Below are positions 34,645 through 41,603 of a stretch of DNA of 64,000 nt, in pieces (the stretch's first letter is position 1; the number at the start of each line of letters is the position of its first letter). The notes under the pieces were generated by a model. That model was not told where the DNA came from. It did no database searches and saw only the letters and a list, made by a program, of their open reading frames with translations. The position numbers and the translations under genes are program-made. Origin of the DNA: a virus (Duplodnaviria > Heunggongvirae > Uroviricota > Caudoviricetes); IMG/VR virus record IMGVR_UViG_3300013105_000002, positions 1 to 64,000 of that record. One strand, 5' to 3'.

Positions 34645-34785
34645 ATGATCGTCGAAATCCGCAACAACGGTCTCATCATCGACTACGTGGTAATGCCTAA
34701 CTTCCGAGCGGCTGTCATGTTCACCCAGAGATTCAACCGAGTCTCCACAAACAAGGGTTTCACCCAGAGGGCGGTGATCGCCTGA
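34645..34785 (+). CDS. hypothetical protein (46 aa)
   Basis: RBS AAGGAGA + ATG 34645. Confidence 0.4.
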   Translation: MIVEIRNNGLIIDYVVMPNFRAAVMFTQRFNRVSTNKGFTQRAVIA

Positions 34786-34806
34786 GCCCTTCGGGGCTTT
34801 CCCCAT

Positions 34807-34858
34807 ATACACTCGGGGTATATCAATGGCTTGACACGAGGCCGGTATTTGATATGCT
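34807..34858 (+). promoter_or_regulatory. operator + promoter P22 (drives ORF-less transcript)
   Basis: op ATACACTCGGGGTAT 34807-34821; -35 34831-34836; -10 TATGCT 34853-34858. Confidence 0.55.
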
Positions 34859-34864
34859 TGTTAT

Positions 34865-34968
34865 ATGAGGTCGGAGGGAGAGCGGACCAAAAAAGTCTCA
34901 CCGTCAGAGAAGACGCAAATCGCACAGTGAGTCTAGGCTGCAAGGGTCTAGGCTCACTTGTTTGTCTA
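34865..34968 (+). ncRNA. candidate ~105-nt noncoding RNA (ncRNA-4)
   Basis: no ORF; 3' hairpin gtgagtctaggc...ctaggctcac 34927-34957 + TTGTTTG. Confidence 0.45.
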
Positions 34969-34972
34969 TAGA

Positions 34973-35023
34973 ATACCCTAGGGGTATACAAGTGGCTTGA
35001 CACATGCCGCCGATCTGATAGAG
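34973..35023 (+). promoter_or_regulatory. operator + promoter P23 (leaderless)
   Basis: op ATACCCTAGGGTAT 34973-34986; -35 34996-35001; -10 TAGAGT 35018-35023. Confidence 0.55.
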
Positions 35024-35029
35024 TTCTCA

Positions 35030-35113
35030 CATGGGAATCATCATCGTGTCACTGCTCGCAGCAATCTTTTGGCGCATCGCCATCAGCCCGATCATCGACA
35101 GTTTCAACAAGTA
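35030..35113 (+). CDS. tiny hydrophobic peptide (27 aa)
   Basis: ATG 6 nt after -10; followed by strong terminator. Confidence 0.25.
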
Positions 35114-35120
35114 GGGCGTG

Positions 35121-35148
35121 AAAGGCCCGGAGAAATCCGGGCCTTTTG
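35121..35148 (+). terminator. rho-independent terminator
   Basis: aaggcccgga gaaa tccgggcctt + ttgcg. Confidence 0.65.
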
Positions 35149-35175
35149 CGTGTCATCGTAAAAGGCCCAATTGGT

Positions 35176-35190
35176 ATACCCCAAGGGTAC
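35176..35190 (+). repeat. orphan operator copy ATACCCCAAGGGTAC
   Basis: no -35 downstream; sits before bidirectional terminator. Confidence 0.5.
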
Positions 35191-35206
35191 AAAACGGGCA
35201 TGAGAA

Positions 35207-35235
35207 GACCCTAGGTGCGCCGCTCACCTAGGGTC
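35207..35235. terminator. bidirectional terminator (perfect 11-bp stem)
   Basis: gaccctaggtg cgccgct cacctagggtc between convergent + and - genes. Confidence 0.6.
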
Positions 35236-35245
35236 TCTCTGGGTC

Positions 35246-35398
35246 TCAGGCCATGGACACCTCACGCTTCCACGTGGAGCGCTCACGGCGCTTGGCGATC
35301 CGTCGTGCCATCTTACGGGCGCTGGGCGCGTCACCGCAGCAAGAGCAGTCACGACCACCGGGGCCGTAGGGGCAGGACTTGCCAATCATGCGAGCCAT
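35246..35398 (-). CDS. small basic Cys-rich protein (50 aa), only minus-strand gene in the early array
   Basis: MARMIGKSCPYGPGGRDCSCCGD...RRIAKRRERSTWKR; own promoter. Confidence 0.45.
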   Translation of the reverse strand: MARMIGKSCPYGPGGRDCSCCGDAPSARKMARRIAKRRERSTWKREVSMA

Positions 35399-35437
35399 GA
35401 TTTTCTCTCTCTGTAGTTGTTTTTTCTTGCTGGGATA

Positions 35438-35467
35438 AACATATGACAGATGGCCGGTGGTGTCAAG
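35438..35467 (-). promoter_or_regulatory. minus-strand promoter CTTGACA-17-TATGTT
   Basis: revcomp of 35461-35467 = -35; revcomp of 35438-35443 = -10; divergent from P25. Confidence 0.5.
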
Positions 35468-35475
35468 CCGATCCA

Positions 35476-35555
35476 ATACCCCAAGGGTAAATCATCAGAC
35501 AGATACCCCTAGGGTATGTTTTTGGCTTGACGATGTTTCCGCATTCCCGTAGTGT
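35476..35555 (+). promoter_or_regulatory. two operators + promoter P25
   Basis: ops 35476-35490, 35503-35517; -35 TTGACG 35527-35532; -10 TAGTGT 35550-35555. Confidence 0.5.
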
Positions 35556-35601
35556 TTCTCTTGTCAGGAGGAAACGCCTCCCCCACACAAAAGGATTTGA
35601 A

Positions 35602-35895
35602 ATGTCGCTCTCCCTCGCCGGAACCAAGTCCACGGTTGTCTCGCCCGCCTCGCACGGCATCGACAACTACGGCCCCGAGGTGCAGGCAATCACCTTCAAG
35701 TACAACGGGGTCGCCTACACGATCAACCGTCGTGGCAACTCCAACGTCAAGGGCTTCCACTCCTTCCGGAACAACACGTACACGGTCACCAACGGCACCG
35801 ACCGTGTGTCGAACATGATCGTCAACCGTTTCGACTTCGTGTCCATCCTCTACACTGACGGTCGAATCGAGTCGAACGACTACACCGCTCGATGA
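35602..35895 (+). CDS. hypothetical protein
   Basis: RBS AAAGGA + ATG 35602; 97 aa. Confidence 0.5.
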   Translation: MSLSLAGTKSTVVSPASHGIDNYGPEVQAITFKYNGVAYTINRRGNSNVKGFHSFRNNTYTVTNGTDRVSNMIVNRFDFVSILYTDGRIESNDYTAR

Positions 35896-35900
35896 GAGGC

Positions 35901-35918
35901 AGGCCCCTTCGGGGGCCT
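35901..35918 (+). terminator. hairpin terminator
   Basis: aggcccc ttcg ggggcct. Confidence 0.55.
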
Positions 35919-35940
35919 AGCCTTTCGCCCATGACATACC

Positions 35941-35955
35941 CTCGGGGTATGTAGT
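35941..35955 (+). repeat. operator copy ATACCCTCGGGGTAT (weak promoter downstream)
   Basis: -35-like TTGTGT 35964-35969 only. Confidence 0.4.
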
Positions 35956-35993
35956 CTATTGTGTTACTGTCCGGTAGGGTATAGGGTGGTCAC

Positions 35994-36155
35994 ATGACCA
36001 AATACAAGTATGAGATTTTCCACGCTGTCAGTGGCGGCTTTTTCACGGGTCACCTTCACACGGTGTACTCCAACTCCAACGATGCCAACCTGTGGTGCGA
36101 GACGTTCGAACGTCAGGGCTACACGGGCCTCTACATGATCCGCAGGGAGGTCTAG
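35994..36155 (+). CDS. hypothetical protein (53 aa)
   Basis: + strand ORF; overlapping minus-strand ORF 35964-36239 judged spurious. Confidence 0.4.
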   Translation: MTKYKYEIFHAVSGGFFTGHLHTVYSNSNDANLWCETFERQGYTGLYMIRREV

Positions 36156-36183
36156 CACAAAGACCCTTCGGGGTCCATTAACA

Positions 36184-36236
36184 ATTACCCTCGGGGTATG
36201 TGTAGGGCTTGACATGATCCCCAGAACTGATAAACT
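36184..36236 (+). promoter_or_regulatory. operator + promoter P26 (leaderless)
   Basis: op 36184-36199; -35 36209-36214; -10 TAAACT 36231-36236. Confidence 0.55.
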
Positions 36237-36242
36237 CATGCC

Positions 36243-36461
36243 ATGAACGAAAACGAGATCACCCGCATCGTGGCCGACGCTCTGCGTGAGGCTTACGCCA
36301 TCAACACCGCTCAGTTCAAGGACGAGAAGGTGGAGCGTGAGACCGTGGACAGCGTGCTGTATGACGTTGCCTACAACATCGCTCAGGAGGTATGGCCCAC
36401 GCGCAGCCCTGAGTCTCCGGTCATGCCAGACGAGTGGTTGGAGGCGATCAAGGGTCGCTGA
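36243..36461 (+). CDS. hypothetical protein
   Basis: 72-aa ORF. Confidence 0.5.
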   Translation: MNENEITRIVADALREAYAINTAQFKDEKVERETVDSVLYDVAYNIAQEVWPTRSPESPVMPDEWLEAIKGR

Positions 36462-36466
36462 GGATA

Positions 36467-36487
36467 GGCTCCCACGGGAGCCTTTTC
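36467..36487 (+). terminator. rho-independent terminator
   Basis: ggctccc ac gggagcc + ttttcc. Confidence 0.6.
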
Positions 36488-36501
36488 CTTTACCCTACCG
36501 C

Positions 36502-36554
36502 ATACCCTAGGGGTATATATGGGGCTTGACATGGAGTCGGGCGGCAGGTAATGT
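36502..36554 (+). promoter_or_regulatory. operator + promoter P27
   Basis: op ATACCCTAGGGGTAT 36502-36516; -35 36526-36531; -10 TAATGT 36549-36554. Confidence 0.55.
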
Positions 36555-36589
36555 TCTTCTTGTCAGAACATCGATGAAAGGAAACTGAC

Positions 36590-36736
36590 ATGTACGAGCA
36601 CCCCGACCACGGCATCATGACTCTGGAAGAAGTTTGGATGACCGACGCTGGTGTGAAGTACGGTCGATTCGTGACCGTCAAGTGGGGAACGTCCATCAAC
36701 ATGCCCATCTGCATGGTGCACAAGTTGCCATCATGA
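36590..36736 (+). CDS. hypothetical protein (48 aa)
   Basis: RBS AAAGGA + ATG 36590. Confidence 0.4.
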   Translation: MYEHPDHGIMTLEEVWMTDAGVKYGRFVTVKWGTSINMPICMVHKLPS

Positions 36737-36753
36737 TGTAAAGGAAATCCGGT

Positions 36754-36778
36754 CAGCCCTTCGGGGTTGGCTGTTTTT
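36754..36778 (+). terminator. rho-independent terminator
   Basis: cagccc ttcg gggttg + ctgttttt. Confidence 0.6.
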
Positions 36779-36790
36779 CCGGTCAAGCCT

Positions 36791-36843
36791 ATACCCTTGG
36801 GGTATATCAGTACGCTTGACATGCCCCGATTTTCTGATTAGGC
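36791..36843 (+). promoter_or_regulatory. operator + promoter P28
   Basis: op ATACCCTTGGGGTAT 36791-36805; -35 36816-36821; weak -10 TTAGGC 36838-36843. Confidence 0.45.
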
Positions 36844-36881
36844 TGGGGCTACGCCCAAGCAACACCGACTAAGGAGACACC

Positions 36882-37151
36882 GTGAACGTCACCCCGAAGA
36901 CCGCCGCTCGCCAGATCGTCCTCGCCCGTGCGGAGCGTGCTGCAAAGCCCGTTTACACGTCCGAGACGGGCGTGGTGCGTCCGGTTCGCGTGGAGGCCGC
37001 TCCCATCGTGGAGGACGACCCGCACTGCTTCGTTTGTGGTCGGCACACGGATCACTTCGCAGAGCACGACGACATGGTGGAGGCTGGCACGGCCACCTAC
37101 GGCGAGGACGGGAGTGTCTACCCTGTCCCGTGGAACTTCATCCTCGGGTGA
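36882..37151 (+). CDS. hypothetical protein
   Basis: RBS AAGGAGA + GTG 36882; CFVCG..H pair. Confidence 0.5.
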   Translation: MNVTPKTAARQIVLARAERAAKPVYTSETGVVRPVRVEAAPIVEDDPHCFVCGRHTDHFAEHDDMVEAGTATYGEDGSVYPVPWNFILG

Positions 37152-37156
37152 GGCGA

Positions 37157-37178
37157 GGGGCCGAAAGGCCCCTTTCTT
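37157..37178 (+). terminator. rho-independent terminator
   Basis: ggggcc gaaa ggcccc + tttctt. Confidence 0.65.
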
Positions 37179-37190
37179 CATGTGTGTGAC

Positions 37191-37243
37191 ATACCCTCGG
37201 GGTATCCCAAAGTATTGACAAAAGCGCCGGTAGCAAATAGGCT
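37191..37243 (+). promoter_or_regulatory. operator + promoter P29
   Basis: op ATACCCTCGGGGTAT 37191-37205; -35 37215-37220; -10 TAGGCT 37238-37243. Confidence 0.55.
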
Positions 37244-37278
37244 ATGCGTAGCAAGCCAAACAGAAGAGAGAAGGAACA

Positions 37279-37491
37279 ATGTCTTTCCTTGCAGAAGCAC
37301 ATCAGGAATGGCACACGGTTCATGGACAGGTCGTTTGTCCTCTGGATTGTGGAATCGGAGAGGGTCAGGACGACTACGATCACGAGCCCATGACCGAAGA
37401 AGAGGAAATCGAACTTCAAGCATGGCGAGCACGACAGGAAGCGATGGATTCCACTGATGATCCCGCTCCTTGGGAGGTTGCCCCGTTTTGA
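37279..37491 (+). CDS. hypothetical acidic protein
   Basis: RBS AGAAGGA + ATG 37279; 70 aa. Confidence 0.5.
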   Translation: MSFLAEAHQEWHTVHGQVVCPLDCGIGEGQDDYDHEPMTEEEEIELQAWRARQEAMDSTDDPAPWEVAPF

Positions 37492-37550
37492 GAAGAAGGC
37501 CCGAAGAAATTCGGGTCTTTTTTCTTTTTATCGTAAGCGACCATCATGAC

Positions 37551-37623
37551 ATACCCCCGGGGGAATTCGGGTTGTTTTGGGCTCTATCGTAAATGAGCCT
37601 TTTGATATACCCCCGGGGGATAT
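37551..37623 (+). repeat. two variant operator copies (ATACCCCCGGGGGAAT 37551-37566; ATACCCCCGGGGGATAT 37607-37623) abutting the DnaA-box cluster
   Basis: each preceded by ATCGTAA(A/G) motif. Confidence 0.5.
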
Positions 37624-37728
37624 CCACAGGATATCCACAGCTGTGGATAAGTTGTGGATAAGTTATCCACAGCCTGTGCAAAAGTTATCCACAGGTTGTC
37701 CACATATGGGGATAACCCCTGTGGATAG
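37620..37728. promoter_or_regulatory. cluster of 8 DnaA-box 9-mers (oriC-like / DnaA-binding region)
   Basis: ATATCCACA x2 (37620, 37631), TGTGGATAA x2 (37642, 37653), TTATCCACA x2 (37663, 37685), TTGTCCACA (37696), TGTGGATAG (37720). Confidence 0.7.
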
Positions 37729-37847
37729 GATTCACAGGAAAGTCTTTCCGAGATTGGCCCGTTTCGGGGTTACAGGTCTCCCCTATGGGGTATGTTTGTC
37801 ATGTAGGGCGGCGCACACGGCGCGGCTCACGACACGGAGGTACTGAC

Positions 37848-38468
37848 ATGGCTGCTAAGGGTCGTCCGACCACAAACCCGATGGCGCTGGACCGCAAGGC
37901 AATGGCTGCCGAAATCAACATCCTTTCGGCAACGGAGTCCGACCCCATCGCTCGCGTTGCTGGCGTTGTCGCCATCATGGAACGTCACGCGGACGGGTTC
38001 GCTTACGCCACGGCATCCAACGTTCTTGGGAACGGTCTCCGGGCGGACGTTCGGGACGCGATGGTTAAGGCTCAGGACGGCCAGTGCTTCACGTGCGGCG
38101 TGACGCTCAACAACGCAAAGCACATGCGCCAGACTGAGGCTGTGCTCTTCCGTCTCGTCCCTTCCATCGTCGGCGCGGATCACTTCGTGGCAGGCAATGA
38201 CGCGATGGCGGCAGGCACGGTCCCCGGAAACGTCGTGGCCGTGTGCGCACACTGCAACCGAAAGCGCAACGCCGCGAGCGCTGCAATGGGTACGCCCGTG
38301 TGCGTCACGTCCGACGTTCTCCACGCTGACTCGGACGGGCCGGTCATGCTCAACGCAACGCGCATTCTCTACGTCTGGCCCGCCACGCCCAAGGCGCGCG
38401 ACACGGGCAAGGGTGACGCGGTGATGGCCGACCGGGATGCGGCTCGCGTGTCGGTTCTCGGATGGTGA
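37848..38468 (+). CDS. HNH-like nuclease (putative)
   Basis: RBS GGAGG + ATG 37848; CFTCG...ADHFVAGND...AVCAHCNRKRN pattern. Confidence 0.45.
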   Translation: MAAKGRPTTNPMALDRKAMAAEINILSATESDPIARVAGVVAIMERHADGFAYATASNVLGNGLRADVRDAMVKAQDGQCFTCGVTLNNAKHMRQTEAVLFRLVPSIVGADHFVAGNDAMAAGTVPGNVVAVCAHCNRKRNAASAAMGTPVCVTSDVLHADSDGPVMLNATRILYVWPATPKARDTGKGDAVMADRDAARVSVLGW

Positions 38469-38484
38469 ATCCGAAATAAGAATC

Positions 38485-38510
38485 GGGCCGGTCCCTACGG
38501 GGACCGGCCC
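38485..38510 (+). terminator. rho-independent terminator
   Basis: gggccggtccc tacg gggaccggccc + attcttttg. Confidence 0.65.
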
Positions 38511-38679
38511 ATTCTTTTGCCTCGTTTGAGGTGCCTGGACGCCCTTCTAAGCGACTTTCGTGCGAAACCCTACCGGAAACCCATGGGCGCACTATTCCGC
38601 CGCCACGGGCCCGCCAGCGGCCTGTATCATTACAGAGACAGATTTTTTAACATTTTGCACATTGAAAATTGTTGATCGA

Positions 38680-38916
38680 CTAAGAATTGGCCGGTGGCTG
38701 ATGAGGCCATTCCTCACCAGATGCCCGGTGCCAAAGAACATGAGCCCACCACGTTGAGTTGAGTTTTTCACTGCCGTATCCCTTGACAACGGCGGCGTGA
38801 CACAGAGGACACTCAATGATGCTGTCATAGTTTGCAAAGGGAATCCGGTGAAACCCCCACTGCTCCCATTCGGGTTCGTCCCTGACGTAGCCCATTTCAC
38901 TTGCGTAGTGACCCAT
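38680..38916 (-). CDS. hypothetical Cys/His protein
   Basis: RBS GGAGGG before ATG 38916; CPLCH..H..H. Confidence 0.45.
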   Translation of the reverse strand: MGHYASEMGYVRDEPEWEQWGFHRIPFANYDSIIECPLCHAAVVKGYGSEKLNSTWWAHVLWHRASGEEWPHQPPANS

Positions 38917-39169
38917 GAGTGCCCTCCAAAATTCTTGCAACGTGAGCCTCTAGGGCTTCTCGGTCGAATTTACTTGACGAATTTAGAGACCAGTCTTGGT
39001 AGGTGGGCCGGTCATACTCCACGATATCTCCCACATGAAAGGAATTGGCCTCAAACCATTCCGGTTTCAGATGTGTTGTCTCTTCTCTACCGTCTTGGTT
39101 GATACCTGTGATTGTTATTGTATGCTCACCGCGCTTTATGTCGGTGACAATCAGTTCGATGTGCGCCAC
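38897..39169 (-). CDS. hypothetical protein
   Basis: 90-aa ORF, GTG start. Confidence 0.45.
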   Translation of the reverse strand: MAHIELIVTDIKRGEHTITITGINQDGREETTHLKPEWFEANSFHVGDIVEYDRPTYQDWSLNSSSKFDREALEAHVARILEGTHGSLRK

Positions 39170-39360
39170 TACTCACCGGCCATGTCAATCGCCGGTGGAG
39201 AGCCTATGAGGATGCCCTGTTCGTGGGCATCCAATACTGCCTTGGCCTCTTCTGGACTTACCGCCCGCGCAATGACAGCAAGAAGGTCATAGATGCGGGC
39301 GAGTGTGATGAAAGAGGCTGTTTCCATGTCATCAAACAGCCTCTGCTCAACGTCGTCCAA
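39169..39360 (-). CDS. hypothetical protein
   Basis: 63-aa ORF. Confidence 0.4.
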   Translation of the reverse strand: MDDVEQRLFDDMETASFITLARIYDLLAVIARAVSPEEAKAVLDAHEQGILIGSPPAIDMAGE

Positions 39361-39574
39361 TGGTCACGTCTCCCTTGACAAAAGCAAAGCCTGAGGAAAT
39401 GACTGACTCTACAATGCTCATGGCATCTGAATGGATCATTGCCTCTTCCCCGTCATCATAGCGCGTACCGCCGATTTCGAATAGCGCATCGATGATTGCT
39501 GTCTCCAACTCGATGTATGTTGCTCCGAACTTGTTTTCTACTGAGGTTTCACCATCTGTCGCGGTCTCACTCAT
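39347..39574 (-). CDS. hypothetical acidic protein
   Basis: 75-aa ORF. Confidence 0.45.
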   Translation of the reverse strand: MSETATDGETSVENKFGATYIELETAIIDALFEIGGTRYDDGEEAMIHSDAMSIVESVISSGFAFVKGDVTIGRR

Positions 39575-39762
39575 AGCCTTGCTCCATTTCCGAAGTCGGT
39601 TTCGTAGGTTGTCTTACGGATGACACAGCCAGAGCCGTGCACAAAGAGGGCATTGTTAAGGATATCATCCTCGGTAACCCACTCTCCGGTTCCATACATG
39701 AACTTCTCGTATTCGTCAATGGTCCAGTCGGTACCATCGACCTCTACATATGCCTTAGCCAT
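39571..39762 (-). CDS. hypothetical protein
   Basis: RBS GAGG; 63 aa. Confidence 0.45.
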   Translation of the reverse strand: MAKAYVEVDGTDWTIDEYEKFMYGTGEWVTEDDILNNALFVHGSGCVIRKTTYETDFGNGARL

Positions 39763-39931
39763 TAGTTTTATGCCTCAATTCTGATAAATGATTGGTAGGG
39801 CCAGAACGCCATGAACTTGCCATCTTCGTTTAAAATTCTGACACCATGGTCAAGATAGTCGATACTGCATGTGTCATCATAGGAAACGCTGGATGATCCG
39901 CTACCGTATGAGTATACTACTCGCCAGCAGG

Positions 39932-40150
39932 TCACTGCTCATCCTTAATGTACCAGAAGTTCCAGACACCCTTGGCAAATCCGCCTACTATCTGTGCATA
40001 CTTACCGGGCACATTCTTGTAGAGAAATAGGACTCCATCGGTAACCTCGGCGTAGTCGGCCTCGATGTCCTCAATTGACTCATCTGTATCCACATAGGCA
40101 ATCCTCTTGTTCTCAGGAAAAGCCACGTGCTTGTCTTCCAGTTCTGCCAT
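39932..40150 (-). CDS. hypothetical protein
   Basis: 72-aa ORF. Confidence 0.45.
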   Translation of the reverse strand: MAELEDKHVAFPENKRIAYVDTDESIEDIEADYAEVTDGVLFLYKNVPGKYAQIVGGFAKGVWNFWYIKDEQ

Positions 40151-40962
40151 CAGTGTCTCCCTCTGTCGAATGAACGCTGCACTTCGTTTCTTGTCATTAT
40201 TCCTTCATCGATCTTGATTTCAAGGCGTACGTGTGGGCCTGTTGACTTTCCTGTGCCTACGTGACCAACTACCTCACCGGCATCAACCGGGCCCTTGGGC
40301 TTCCATGCATCATACGTCATCGGCATCTGCTCCGCAAGTGCCTTCTCCATGTCTTCCGCTACCTGTCGAATTTCATAGAGTGCCTGAGGCGAGGTGCGCA
40401 GTCCAAGGAAGTGCATGAGATTTCTGGGGTTGACTGTAGCGTAGAACTGAGTCATAAGGTTAAGAGGAAGAACCATGCGAGCAACTTCCTTTGCCACCCC
40501 GCCAGCAATCAAATCTTCATAATGTTCCCAAGACTTGTAGATGCTTGTCTCGATTTCATCCTGAACCTGATCTAGCAATTCGGCGTCCTGAACAAAGGTG
40601 TACTTTCCGGCCTTACCCTGCTGAACTACCGGCCTTGCATTGCCCGGTACATAGAAGCGAGGCTTCATTTCTGTGTATCGTCCGGACACCTCATTGTATG
40701 CCATGGTGCGGTGTCGGTGGAATTCACGAGCCACAAAGATAGGACAGTCAATCTTGAAGGTGAATGAGCCATGTTCAAATGGGCTCATGTGCTTCTCACG
40801 CATTAGGAAGTTAATAAGGCCCTTCATTCGGTCCTTGTCATTCAGGCGTTCCTCAGAATCCCTATCGAAAGAAACCCACGCCGCCATTGCCACCATATCG
40901 TCAGTGGCATTGCTCTGAACCAGCGTTGCGCTGGCCTTTGTTACGAACTCAAACTCTGTCAT
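40150..40962 (-). CDS. thyX: flavin-dependent thymidylate synthase ThyX
   Basis: ThyX signature RHRTMAYNEVS (RHR-x7-S) and overall length 270 aa. Confidence 0.8.
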   Translation of the reverse strand: MTEFEFVTKASATLVQSNATDDMVAMAAWVSFDRDSEERLNDKDRMKGLINFLMREKHMSPFEHGSFTFKIDCPIFVAREFHRHRTMAYNEVSGRYTEMKPRFYVPGNARPVVQQGKAGKYTFVQDAELLDQVQDEIETSIYKSWEHYEDLIAGGVAKEVARMVLPLNLMTQFYATVNPRNLMHFLGLRTSPQALYEIRQVAEDMEKALAEQMPMTYDAWKPKGPVDAGEVVGHVGTGKSTGPHVRLEIKIDEGIMTRNEVQRSFDRGRH

Positions 40963-41137
40963 TATCTCTTTTCACCGTTTGCTCAATGTAACTAACGACA
41001 AGCAGTACCTTTGTTGAATTGTAGGTGCCGTATCGCTTATTTGCCCACTTTACCTTATCAGCATCGCTTAGATTCTTGATGGTGTGGTAGGCATAGTCAA
41101 TCTCTTCGAAGATATTACCTTCGGTTAGTTTCGTCAA
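40949..41137 (-). CDS. hypothetical protein
   Basis: 62-aa ORF. Confidence 0.4.
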   Translation of the reverse strand: MTKLTEGNIFEEIDYAYHTIKNLSDADKVKWANKRYGTYNSTKVLLVVSYIEQTVKRDNDRV

Positions 41138-41603
41138 TGCGTAGTTCTCCTGAATTAGTGTCTACCCAAGCAGGGTACCGCCCATTTTCGTCTGGAACGG
41201 GAATTGCTGTACGCGCTGCTGCCTTAGAAACTCGGCATGCGCTCTTGTCACACAGAGGCGGGTGCATGAGTCCAAGACTGTCATCTTTCACCTCAATGGC
41301 ATGGTCAGCAGAACGTGCTGGATCGAGCAGGGAGTCAAAAACGTCAAGGATGATCTTTTCAGCCTCATCGTTATCGTAGTCGTACTCGATATAGTCCTCG
41401 TCCTGATAAGCAATGCTGCGCTCAATCAGGTCAGCGCGGGCCAGTGATGAGTATACCTCATCCTTCCAGCCAGAATTGCCAAACGGACGCTTGATGGTGT
41501 CCTCACCGTGACCCCAGCAAACCTTAGCCAAGGCTACCAGATACTGACCAACGGTGTCGACACCTGCGTCATTTGCCACCATGGGCACATCTAGAGGGTT
41601 CAC
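41115..41603 (-). CDS. hypothetical protein
   Basis: 162-aa ORF, GTG start. Confidence 0.5.
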   Translation of the reverse strand: MNPLDVPMVANDAGVDTVGQYLVALAKVCWGHGEDTIKRPFGNSGWKDEVYSSLARADLIERSIAYQDEDYIEYDYDNDEAEKIILDVFDSLLDPARSADHAIEVKDDSLGLMHPPLCDKSACRVSKAAARTAIPVPDENGRYPAWVDTNSGELRIDETNRR

